IMG/VR virus record: IMGVR_UViG_3300036790_000795 | Location: 1 to 56,045 of that record | Reading direction: 5' to 3' (one strand) | DNA length: 56,045 nt | Origin: a virus | Lineage: Duplodnaviria > Caudoviricetes | In this document: piece after piece, positions 27,964 through 36,062 of the stretch | Position numbering within the stretch: the stretch's first letter is position 1 | Layout of the letters: the number at the start of each line of letters is the position of its first letter | Notes under the pieces: generated by a model | What the model was told of the DNA's origin: nothing | Databases searched by the model: none | The model's input: only the letters and a program-made list of their open reading frames with translations | Made by a program: the position numbers and the translations under genes

Positions 27964-28229
27964 TGCCTGGGTATCCGAGGCCACCGGCGCACTGGCTTGG
28001 TCGTCAGCTCTCAGACGCGAAGCGCACAGCGAGTGCCGCGAGCGCGGCTAATACACAGTATGTGATGGAACCAGTGAACCTCGCTGAGGAAAACAGCGAA
28101 GGTCACTTCTACGAAGAAAAGTGCGTTGCGATCATCGGCAATGTCGCCTATGACAACGCTGGCAACGCAACTGGCCTGTCGGGGTGGGGTATCGCGTCGA
28201 AGTCAACTGGCGTCTGGAAAAAGCTCTAG
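27963..28229 (+). CDS. minor tail protein
   Basis: TGATG coupling in the tail operon. Confidence 0.55.
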   Translation: MPGYPRPPAHWLGRQLSDAKRTASAASAANTQYVMEPVNLAEENSEGHFYEEKCVAIIGNVAYDNAGNATGLSGWGIASKSTGVWKKL

Positions 28230-28241
28230 TAGGAGGATGAG

Positions 28242-28583
28242 ATGAAGCTAATCGTGGTCCTCTCGGGTCCGAAGACAACCGCACAACAGGCCAAGACCGC
28301 GTTAGCGGCTGCTGGCCTCACTGTCACGGACGCCACGCACAGCCACGGGCTAGCTGGTCGCAAGAGCGAGACGGGGAAGCGTGGCCGTCAAGCCGTCGCG
28401 TTCCTGACGGTTGAGAGCGACGGGGATGATCCGACGCCTGCGAGGGATGCTGTGGTGGGGCTTGGCTGGCAGTTGCGGTCGCATCGTGTGAAGGGGCCAC
28501 CGCTCAAGCCGTCTCTTGGTGTGACGCTGGCACGGATGCAGGCTGAGATCGATGCGTTGAAGGGGGCACGGCATGGCGGTTGA
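28242..28583 (+). CDS. hypothetical tail-region protein
   Basis: RBS AGGAGG. Confidence 0.6.
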   Translation: MKLIVVLSGPKTTAQQAKTALAAAGLTVTDATHSHGLAGRKSETGKRGRQAVAFLTVESDGDDPTPARDAVVGLGWQLRSHRVKGPPLKPSLGVTLARMQAEIDALKGARHGG

Positions 28584-29511
28584 AGGCTTCGCACTTCAGG
28601 CCGGTAGCTACGGGGCGGAGGTTTTGCGTCGTGCGACGCTGGGCGTCCTACTGGAACGTGGATCTTCGATCGGCTCGGTGGAGGGCGGCCTTGTCGGCGC
28701 CACCGATCTGGCTACGACCGCAGGGACCGGCATGAACCTGGAAACCGCTCCGGGTGAGGTGATCGTTGACCAGGCGTACTCCACGTCCGGGGGGCCTAAC
28801 TATATTCGGGTGACTTCGACGTTGACGACAAAAGTCCCGGCGGCTAACGCGACGAACCCGCGGATCGACTGCTTGTGCGCGCAGATACTGGACGAGGCGT
28901 ACCACGGGTCGAGCAACGAATACGCCATCACCTACCTCGAAGGCACACCCACTTCGGGGGCGACGTTGGCGAATCGGGCATCGCATGGGGAGCCGGCGCT
29001 ACCGACATCGGCGATGGCGCTGGATTACATTCTCGTGCCAGCGAAAGCGACATCGCTGGAAAACGCTGACATCGAAAAAGTCGCGAAACGGGCTGTGCTT
29101 GGGTTGCCGTTGGGTGCTGAAACGGTACTCGCAGCGATGCTCAAGGCTGGAGCCGTCACGGGGCCGAAGCTCGGCGAAGGGACCGTGCGTCAGGAGACGG
29201 GCAGCACACAGAGCTTCCTGTCGTGGGGCCTTATCCAGGGCGCCACTGAATTAAAGACCGGATCTGGGGATTATACTTTCAAACACATTTCGACGGGCCA
29301 TTACGAACTCGTTTGGGATGTCGAAAAGGCGTCGGAAACGTATGGGCTCCTAATCGCTCCTGAAACTTCAAATGGCAGCCATCCCATAAGCTGGGGCTGG
29401 GAAGCGCGAACCAAGTCCCATATGACTTTCTCGACCTACAGCCTAGAAGGCACCGAAACAAAACACTTCCTTGACTGTCCGTTTATGTTCATAGTGATGG
29501 GAACTAGCTAA
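28573..29511 (+). CDS. minor tail / receptor-binding protein
   Basis: ANATNPRID..GTP..P.LP..LDYILVPA actinophage tail motif; lower-GC C-terminal domain. Confidence 0.75.
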   Translation: MAVEGFALQAGSYGAEVLRRATLGVLLERGSSIGSVEGGLVGATDLATTAGTGMNLETAPGEVIVDQAYSTSGGPNYIRVTSTLTTKVPAANATNPRIDCLCAQILDEAYHGSSNEYAITYLEGTPTSGATLANRASHGEPALPTSAMALDYILVPAKATSLENADIEKVAKRAVLGLPLGAETVLAAMLKAGAVTGPKLGEGTVRQETGSTQSFLSWGLIQGATELKTGSGDYTFKHISTGHYELVWDVEKASETYGLLIAPETSNGSHPISWGWEARTKSHMTFSTYSLEGTETKHFLDCPFMFIVMGTS

Positions 29512-30152
29512 TTGGGGGAGGGGTCAACCTGGAGGTTGATCCGGGCGCGTTGCTCCCATTCGGGCCAACGCATTAGAGATTCACTGCCCCAGGTAACGAT
29601 TCTTACGCCGTCGGTGGTTGGCCCCAGTGTAAGGATCATATGGGAAGTTCCGTTAGGGAGGGCCATCTCGGTGATCGTCGGCATCGTCTGCGCTTCAATC
29701 GCGCTACGCGCGATGTCACCAGGCGCAACAGAAAGCTGCTCTGAGTAGCCATCGATGGCATGAAATGTCCACCAATTGCTTAGTTCGTCGGTGCCTCCTT
29801 CCGGGGTGCCCCCAGCAGCATAGAAGTCACCGATCACTTCGGCTTCGGGGGGTGTGACGTGCTTTGTGGCGATGATCCAGTCGGCGGCAGCCGCGAACTC
29901 GCAATCCCCGATTGCATTGGGGCCAACATTGTCATAGGTGGGCCACCGCAAGAGTCGCGTGGGTGATTCCGCTGGGAGGCAAATTACGCGGCGATGGTGT
30001 CGCGTATGACGCATGACGAGCTTCGTGAAGTGTGCCCGACAGTGTTCATGTCGAGGGTGCGAGAGCGCGTAAGGGCGACCGTGCGCCGACGCGATGCCTG
30101 GGAGCCACGCAAGGGCTACTACAGCGATGAGAGCGACACGCTTCACGGGCAT
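29508..30152 (-). CDS. secreted papain-like cysteine peptidase (putative)
   Basis: Signal peptide; NAIGDCEFAAAA (Cys), SHMILTLG (His), IVTWG. Confidence 0.6.
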   Translation of the reverse strand: MPVKRVALIAVVALAWLPGIASAHGRPYALSHPRHEHCRAHFTKLVMRHTRHHRRVICLPAESPTRLLRWPTYDNVGPNAIGDCEFAAAADWIIATKHVTPPEAEVIGDFYAAGGTPEGGTDELSNWWTFHAIDGYSEQLSVAPGDIARSAIEAQTMPTITEMALPNGTSHMILTLGPTTDGVRIVTWGSESLMRWPEWEQRARINLQVDPSPN

Positions 30153-30676
30153 TCTGGCTTGCGTTGAGCAAACACTTCAACCCAGGAAGGTTCGGGGTAC
30201 GTGAAGGACACGGCGTAGCTGTCGCCGGTGAGGCGTTGAAGAGCCTTATCGCGCCACACGTAGCAATTGCGACTGGTCCTGATGGGCGCAACGTAGGGTC
30301 CTGGCAGCATCGTTCCGCCCCCCAGTGTCAGCCACGCTCTTGCGCTCATTGGCGGTTCGGTTACACCACTCACACGGTAGGCGACGACGCGATGAGCAGC
30401 GTCAGTTTCTAGAACCGTGTACCAGAACACGCCGGGCGCTGCTGCCGGGTTCGCAGGTTCGCTGACGTTGTTGCCAGCGTCGAATGCGGCTCGCGTTGCG
30501 CCAAGACCGGCATAGCCACGGTGGTGGGCGAGCGGATCGTGGCTGAGGGTTCGCCGCGCATGATGGGATGCCGCGTGCGGACTGCCACCGCTTTGGCCTC
30601 CTTTGGTGGCGGCTCCGATGATCGCCCCGATGACGATGATCGCGGCTAACACGCCTAGGACCGGATGTCCGCGCAT
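30143..30676 (-). CDS. membrane-anchored/secreted protein
   Basis: N-terminal TM, low-complexity linker, globular domain with a Cys pair. Confidence 0.65.
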   Translation of the reverse strand: MRGHPVLGVLAAIIVIGAIIGAATKGGQSGGSPHAASHHARRTLSHDPLAHHRGYAGLGATRAAFDAGNNVSEPANPAAAPGVFWYTVLETDAAHRVVAYRVSGVTEPPMSARAWLTLGGGTMLPGPYVAPIRTSRNCYVWRDKALQRLTGDSYAVSFTYPEPSWVEVFAQRKPECP

Positions 30677-30679
30677 CCG

Positions 30680-30931
30680 CTAGCGCTCCTTGCGAAAGGT
30701 GACCGTGACGCGAGCTTGCGACCCGAGAGACTTCGCGGTTGACTGGCCTACGACAGCCCAACCGGCACGCGCATACTGATCGACGGTGTTGCTGACGTGG
30801 GCTGCCTTGAGCGCCTCTACGCGCGTGCTGCCGGGCGGCGCTGCGCGTAGCGTACGGTCCTTCGCCTTGTTGACCCGTGCTACGAGCCAGATGATGAATG
30901 CGACGACGGCTATCGCGATGAGCCACGACAC
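30680..30931 (-). CDS. small membrane protein (DUF4177-like motif)
   Basis: RBS GAGGAGG, GTG at 30931; TM, then DQYARAGWAVVG...VTFRK. Confidence 0.65.
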   Translation of the reverse strand: MSWLIAIAVVAFIIWLVARVNKAKDRTLRAAPPGSTRVEALKAAHVSNTVDQYARAGWAVVGQSTAKSLGSQARVTVTFRKER

Positions 30932-30971
30932 GTCTTGGTGCCTCCTCGTTGGACCTCGGGGATGACCGGGA

Positions 30972-30980
30972 ACCGTAGCA
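30972..30980 (-). promoter_or_regulatory. extended -10 promoter of the reverse moron
   Basis: TGCTACGGT on the minus strand, identical to the element before the PadR gene. Confidence 0.45.
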
Positions 30981-31042
30981 CGATTCGCCCTGTTGGGATA
31001 GGAGAACTGCATGCCTGAGACGGTCAAGAGAAGGTGCGCCTG

Positions 31043-31375
31043 ATGGCCGCAGCGGAAGGCGAGATCCTCGCGCTCCTCCGGGAACGCTTCTCAAGCCTTG
31101 ACAAGCGTTTGGATCGCCAGGACCAGGCACTGGAGGACATCCACCGTGAGGCGAAGCGCACCAACGGCAGGATCGGCAAGCTCGAGCAGTGGCGCGGGGA
31201 GCAGGAGGCTGTGTCGGAGAAGGTCGAGGAGCTGACGAGGCAGCGCGACGATGAAGCGGCGGAGGCCGAGGAGGAGCGGCGGACGAGGCGGACGAAGGCG
31301 ATCGAGATTGCGATCGGCTCGGCAACGATCCTCCTGGCCGCGATCTTGCCGTTGATCTTGACGGGGGCGCTCTGA
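31043..31375 (+). CDS. lysis-region membrane protein (coiled coil plus C-terminal TM)
   Basis: KRTNGRIGKLE motif; C-terminal TM. Confidence 0.7.
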   Translation: MAAAEGEILALLRERFSSLDKRLDRQDQALEDIHREAKRTNGRIGKLEQWRGEQEAVSEKVEELTRQRDDEAAEAEEERRTRRTKAIEIAIGSATILLAAILPLILTGAL

Positions 31376-31791
31376 TGAGACGTGAGCATGTACTTCTCGC
31401 GTTCGCGTTCGCGCTAGCAACCACCGCAGCCGCGCTACTAGTGAGCTTGACGCTTGCGGGCGTCATCCACACCAGCGCGCACGCCGAACGACGGTCGGGG
31501 CGTGCTGAACAGCGATCGAGCGTCGCTCTCGAACAAGCACAGGTCGCGCAGGAGATCTCGAGCGCGATCCAAGAAGACCGTCGCAGGACGACCTTGGAAA
31601 GCTGCCGGGCGCAGAACGATCATCACCACGCGGCCGTCAAGACCCTCGACGGGCTGCTCGTCAAGGGACGCAGGCTCCCGAGAGCTCAGCAGCGCAAGGC
31701 GCGTGGCGCCGTCGTCCTTGTCGTGAATGCGCTCGCCCCGGTCGAAGACTGCAAAGCGAAGGCCGATCGGGTCGTCGGGCTGAAACCATGA
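31375..31791 (+). CDS. lysis-region membrane-anchored protein
   Basis: N-terminal TM, helical domain with two Cys. Confidence 0.65.
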   Translation: MRREHVLLAFAFALATTAAALLVSLTLAGVIHTSAHAERRSGRAEQRSSVALEQAQVAQEISSAIQEDRRRTTLESCRAQNDHHHAAVKTLDGLLVKGRRLPRAQQRKARGAVVLVVNALAPVEDCKAKADRVVGLKP

Positions 31792-32120
31792 TCCATGTCG
31801 TTGGCAGCGTGAGCTGGCTCTGGACTAACCCGGACGCCTACAACTGGGCGTCAAGTGAATGGGGCGGCCAGGTCTTCAAGCTGATCGACCTCGCCGTGTT
31901 CTTCCTCGTCGTGCAGAAGCTAATCCGGCCGTGGCGAGCGCACCTCGAATGCCATGTGGATGGCTGCTCGAAACTCGGGCACGCAGTCCCCGGCACGGCC
32001 TATAGGGCTTGCCGCACTCATCATCCGGGAGCAGTAGCCCATAGGCCGGGTGAGCCGGTCACGGCAAAGCACATCGCTGAAGCACATGCTCGCGGCCGAG
32101 TCGCAGAGAAGCGCGCGTAG
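31788..32120 (+). CDS. membrane protein with Cys/His motif
   Basis: TM, then ECHVDGC..GH....CRTHHP. Confidence 0.65.
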   Translation: MIHVVGSVSWLWTNPDAYNWASSEWGGQVFKLIDLAVFFLVVQKLIRPWRAHLECHVDGCSKLGHAVPGTAYRACRTHHPGAVAHRPGEPVTAKHIAEAHARGRVAEKRA

Positions 32121-32225
32121 CCACCCCGTTTAGCGGCCACACAAGACCGTCTCTGACGGTGGTCGTGAGAGAGCGACTGGACGGACGCGCCGCCGCACAA
32201 CCCCTCGACCCCTCTGGAGGTCCCG

Positions 32226-33194
32226 ATGAAGCATCTCTGGCGCCTGATGGCGCTCCTGCTCCTGCTCGTCCTCGGCGTGATTGCTCAGCTTGTCTCTGCT
32301 GCGCCTGCGCCTGCGAGTCGATTTCATAACACCGATTTCGTAACACCCGCCTGCAACCCTCCCGTGCCCGCACTCCAGCCGAGCGTGTGCGTCCCGTTGA
32401 GCTTCGGTGGACCGCCGACCTCGAGCACGCCGCACGGGGCGCAGGGCGTCGATGTCTCGGACTTCCAGGGCTCCGTGCATTGGAGTGCCGCGAAGCGCTC
32501 GGGTGTCCGGTGGGCCTACGCCCAGTTCGGCGACGGCCAGGGCTTCCGCGACGCGACGTTCGCGGCGAACTGGCGGGAGCTCGTCGGCCTTCGTATCCCG
32601 CACGGCGCCTATCTCTTCCTACGACCGGGTGATGGGGTCCAGCAGGCCCGTGCGCTCGCCACGGCGATCAAGACATCCGGGATCGGCGACAGGACGCTTC
32701 CGGCCGTGCTCGACGCCGAGGTCCCCGAGAGCTACCAGCAGGTCTGCTCGGCCGTGAGCGCGCTACGCAAGACACTTGGCTGGCGCGAGGTGATCGTCTA
32801 CACCGCACCGGGGCTCTGGCTTGCCGGGGTGCCGCACTGTGCTGCTGGCCTGTGGGTCGCGGACTATGGCGTGCTTGTGCCGGCGGTCGCGTGGGGCTGG
32901 CAGTCGTGGGTTGCGTGGCAGTACGAGGTGGGCTTCGCGAGCTGGGTCGGCGGCAAACACGAAGTCGACCGCGACGTCGCCACAGGCATCCTGAAGCTCT
33001 CCTACGGCCGCACCGTGGAGTTGCCGCGTGTCGAAGGCACACGTCGGGTGCTCCGCGCCCACAGGCACCGGCAGCAATGCCACCAGGCGCTGCACGGCGT
33101 CAAGCGTCTCGCCTCACACAAGGCTGAGTGTCGGCGCGAGCTGCGCAAGGGCTCTCGTCTCACTCGTCGTTCTCGTCAACTCGCTCACTCCTGA
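32226..33194 (+). CDS. endolysin, GH25 muramidase with N-terminal signal peptide
   Basis: GVDVSDFQG, HGAYLF, LPAVLDAE, IVYT, LWVADY, WQY, VDRD; hydrophobic leader. Confidence 0.9.
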   Translation: MKHLWRLMALLLLLVLGVIAQLVSAAPAPASRFHNTDFVTPACNPPVPALQPSVCVPLSFGGPPTSSTPHGAQGVDVSDFQGSVHWSAAKRSGVRWAYAQFGDGQGFRDATFAANWRELVGLRIPHGAYLFLRPGDGVQQARALATAIKTSGIGDRTLPAVLDAEVPESYQQVCSAVSALRKTLGWREVIVYTAPGLWLAGVPHCAAGLWVADYGVLVPAVAWGWQSWVAWQYEVGFASWVGGKHEVDRDVATGILKLSYGRTVELPRVEGTRRVLRAHRHRQQCHQALHGVKRLASHKAECRRELRKGSRLTRRSRQLAHS

Positions 33195-33206
33195 AGGGAG
33201 CAGTAC

Positions 33207-33689
33207 ATGTCTTTTGTTCGCACCGCTGTGCAGGCGGAAGCCTCATCCAAGACTGCGATGATCCTCGCGGTCGTTACCGCTCTCGCGGGCCTCGCGGTCG
33301 GCCTCGGCATCTTCGGACCGCATATCGAAGGGGTCATCATCGCCTGTACGACCGATGGGATCGTCGTCGTCGGGCTGATCGCCAACTCGATCCACACTGG
33401 GCAGATCGAACCGTCCGCTATCGCAACCGCGGTCCTTGCGCTTATCGGCCAGGTAGTAGCGTTGATCGTCGCGTTCGCGTTGATCTCAGATGCGACGGCG
33501 TCACATGTGCTTGCTATCGCGGCTTCGGTGGTGTTGGCCGGGGTGCAGATTGCTCATGCGTTGTGGTCGCGCAACATCGCGCCGGCATTCCTGCCATCTG
33601 AGTTGGGGGAAGTCAAACAGAAGCCTGTCGTGATCGCACAGTCGAGCATCAAGGCTCTCGCGCAGGCGATCGGCGGGAAGGGTGCCTGA
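33207..33689 (+). CDS. holin (putative, 4 TM)
   Basis: Four hydrophobic helices in two similar halves, directly after the endolysin. Confidence 0.65.
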   Translation: MSFVRTAVQAEASSKTAMILAVVTALAGLAVGLGIFGPHIEGVIIACTTDGIVVVGLIANSIHTGQIEPSAIATAVLALIGQVVALIVAFALISDATASHVLAIAASVVLAGVQIAHALWSRNIAPAFLPSELGEVKQKPVVIAQSSIKALAQAIGGKGA

Positions 33690-34536
33690 GATGCAGACAT
33701 TCTCGATCCCGGTCGCTAACCCGCATCCGCTTAGACCGCAGACCCTTGCGCTTGGGCGTAGTGAGCGCTCAGTGGACAAGCTCACGGTGAACGTCCGCGA
33801 CTTCGTGGATATCGAGAAGGCACTCGCGGTGATCGGGGAAGGCAAGTCGGTGATCCGCGAGGAGCCGCTGGTGGACTACACGACGCTGATCCAGGCGTGG
33901 GAAATGTTTCTCAACGACCAGCTTGGCGACTGCACCTGCGCGAGCGTGGCGCACGGGCGGATGATCTTCAGTGCGCTGATCGGAGGAGCGGTGACGATCA
34001 CCAATGCCGACATCGAACGGATGTACGAAGCGTCCGGCTGGCGGCGGGACAAGCCGGGCAGCGACCAGGGCTGGACGCTGGTCGCCGCGGCGGAATACGC
34101 GCAGACCATCGGCTTGCTTGGCACCGTCGAGAAGCCGGCGCCGGACATCGACGCCTTCGCGGCAGTGTCGGTCGAGGACGATGATGCGCAGCAGGTTGCG
34201 ATGGAGCTGTTCGGCGGTCTCTCCACGGGGGTTGAAGTGCCGGAAAGCGCGATGCGCCAGTTCCAGGAAGGCAAGCCCTGGACTGTTGTGAAAGGCTCAC
34301 CGATCGAGGGTGGCCACGCGATCTGGAAGGCCCTCTCCAGGCTGCGGAAGATCGCGAAGTTCCTCACCTGGGGAGTGCCGCAGGAAGCCGTCGAGGCGTG
34401 GGAGAAGACGTATGTAGACGAGTACCTCGCGTTCGTCCCCCACGCTTGGGAGAGCGAGCTCCCCGAACCGGTTCTCGCATTGGGGATCGTGGACTTCGCG
34501 AAGCTCCGCTCGCTCGTCGGCGGCTACGGCTCGTGA
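33682..34536 (+). CDS. papain-like (C1-related) cysteine peptidase
   Basis: NDQLGDCTCA (Cys), SDQG, GGHAIW (His), LTWG. Confidence 0.7.
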   Translation: MPEMQTFSIPVANPHPLRPQTLALGRSERSVDKLTVNVRDFVDIEKALAVIGEGKSVIREEPLVDYTTLIQAWEMFLNDQLGDCTCASVAHGRMIFSALIGGAVTITNADIERMYEASGWRRDKPGSDQGWTLVAAAEYAQTIGLLGTVEKPAPDIDAFAAVSVEDDDAQQVAMELFGGLSTGVEVPESAMRQFQEGKPWTVVKGSPIEGGHAIWKALSRLRKIAKFLTWGVPQEAVEAWEKTYVDEYLAFVPHAWESELPEPVLALGIVDFAKLRSLVGGYGS

Positions 34537-34700
34537 ACTGGCAGTGGGTCGCGGAGTCGTTCCTGGGCTCCGCGATCGGGTGGGCGACTTTCAGCGGCTG
34601 CGCGTACGCGTGGGGCAAGCGCAAGCTGCTGCCGCTCTACCACAAGCATGTTGAAGAGCAAGCCAAGCTGCTGCTCGCTGAACGAGAGGAACACCGATGA
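34533..34700 (+). CDS. small membrane protein
   Basis: GTGA/ATGA coupling; one TM. Confidence 0.55.
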   Translation: MNWQWVAESFLGSAIGWATFSGCAYAWGKRKLLPLYHKHVEEQAKLLLAEREEHR

Positions 34701-35686
34701 GCGACCCTGTTCTCGACCGGATCACCGCAGAGCCGTCTCGCTATGACTTCGAGGCGATCCCGTTCCCTGCGGGCCTTGCGCCCGAGTGGATTGGGACGGT
34801 CACGAAGCCCGAAGACCCACTGCCGGCGGCGGATGTGGTGGTGATGACGTTCACGGCCGCCGAGAAGTACGCCCTCGCGGACACGCTGACCCCCGGCTAC
34901 CACTACACCACATGGAAGCCATACACGCACGAATGGGACGCCTTCGAGCTGCACCTGACTGATCGCTCGCCAGCCCATGAGGAGCAGGCGCTTGGCTCCT
35001 ATGCGCTGGTCACGATCAACGGCAAGCGCGTGCTCTTGTTCGGCTCGAATCTGCATCCGGCGACGGACGATGTGACGATGCCTTTGCGGGCGTTGTGGCG
35101 GCAGATCATCACGGAGACGGGCTGCCAGCTCGCGATCGACACCGGCACCGCAGGTGGCGTCGGCCCGGATGTCGTCGAGGGCGACGTGCTCGTCACCAGC
35201 ACGGTGCAGCTGAACTACACGAAGCTGTTCAAGGACGAAGCATTCGCCCATGAGCGTCTTGAAAGCACGCCGTACACACCTGGGCCGCATCTTGCGCTCG
35301 CGGCCTCGACGTTGATCCCGGTCAACGCGAAGCGGCTCAGCCCGATCGCGACGAGACTCCCGGTAGTCCACACGGAGGGCAACGACGAGAGCGTCGACTA
35401 CTTCGCGTTCGCGGCGCCAGGCGACCCGTACGGTGTCGTGAAGGCCGATCCGGAAGCGGTCATGGAGGAGATGGACCTCGGGGCGCTCGCGCTCGCCTGC
35501 CGGGATCTCGACGAGCACGCACCGTGCTGGCTGTCGATCCGCTGTGCCTCGGATCCCGAAGTGAAAGCCGGGACCTTGAAGGAAGAGAAGGCCGAAGCGG
35601 ACGAGATTTACGAAGACGATGGCTGCTGCGCCGCGCTCGGCTCGGATCTTTGCTGTTGGGCGGTCATCGCGGATATGGAGGTGTGA
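34697..35686 (+). CDS. purine nucleoside phosphorylase / MTA-SAH nucleosidase family protein
   Basis: DVVVMTFTAAE, TGTAGGVG...GDVLV, EEMD..AL..AC, WLSIRCASD. Confidence 0.8.
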   Translation: MSDPVLDRITAEPSRYDFEAIPFPAGLAPEWIGTVTKPEDPLPAADVVVMTFTAAEKYALADTLTPGYHYTTWKPYTHEWDAFELHLTDRSPAHEEQALGSYALVTINGKRVLLFGSNLHPATDDVTMPLRALWRQIITETGCQLAIDTGTAGGVGPDVVEGDVLVTSTVQLNYTKLFKDEAFAHERLESTPYTPGPHLALAASTLIPVNAKRLSPIATRLPVVHTEGNDESVDYFAFAAPGDPYGVVKADPEAVMEEMDLGALALACRDLDEHAPCWLSIRCASDPEVKAGTLKEEKAEADEIYEDDGCCAALGSDLCCWAVIADMEV

Positions 35687-35687
35687 G

Positions 35688-36062
35688 ATGGGCGAAAACC
35701 TAATTACCGGCGAGTCTGACCGCCTGCTTGAAAACAGCCTCGACTCGACGTACGTGGCGTTGTTCACCACGGTCCCGAACGAAAAAGGCGAAGGCGGCGT
35801 CGAGGTATCCGGCGGCGCCTATGAACGCCAGCCCTTGACCATCACTAGCCCCGCGAACGAGGAATGCAAGAACGATGGTGCGCTTGACTATGCGAAAGCC
35901 TCAGCGGAATGGGGCGAAATCAAGGGGTATGGTGTATTCACCGCGAAAACGGCTGGGACGTTGCGGTGGCGTGAGAGCTTGGAGGAGGCTGACTACCGGA
36001 CGGTGAAGACGGGCGATGAATACCGTATCGGTAATGAAGAATTGACATTCACGCTGAGCTAA
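35688..36062 (+). CDS. virion structural protein (tail-fibre-associated family)
   Basis: YVALFTTVP..G.EVSGGAYER..WGEI...GVF motif. Confidence 0.75.
   Translation: MGENLITGESDRLLENSLDSTYVALFTTVPNEKGEGGVEVSGGAYERQPLTITSPANEECKNDGALDYAKASAEWGEIKGYGVFTAKTAGTLRWRESLEEADYRTVKTGDEYRIGNEELTFTLS

Noticed and set aside
32140-32200. Hammerhead ribozyme, suggested by CTGACG
   Set aside because: The CUGANGA and GAAA core is incomplete
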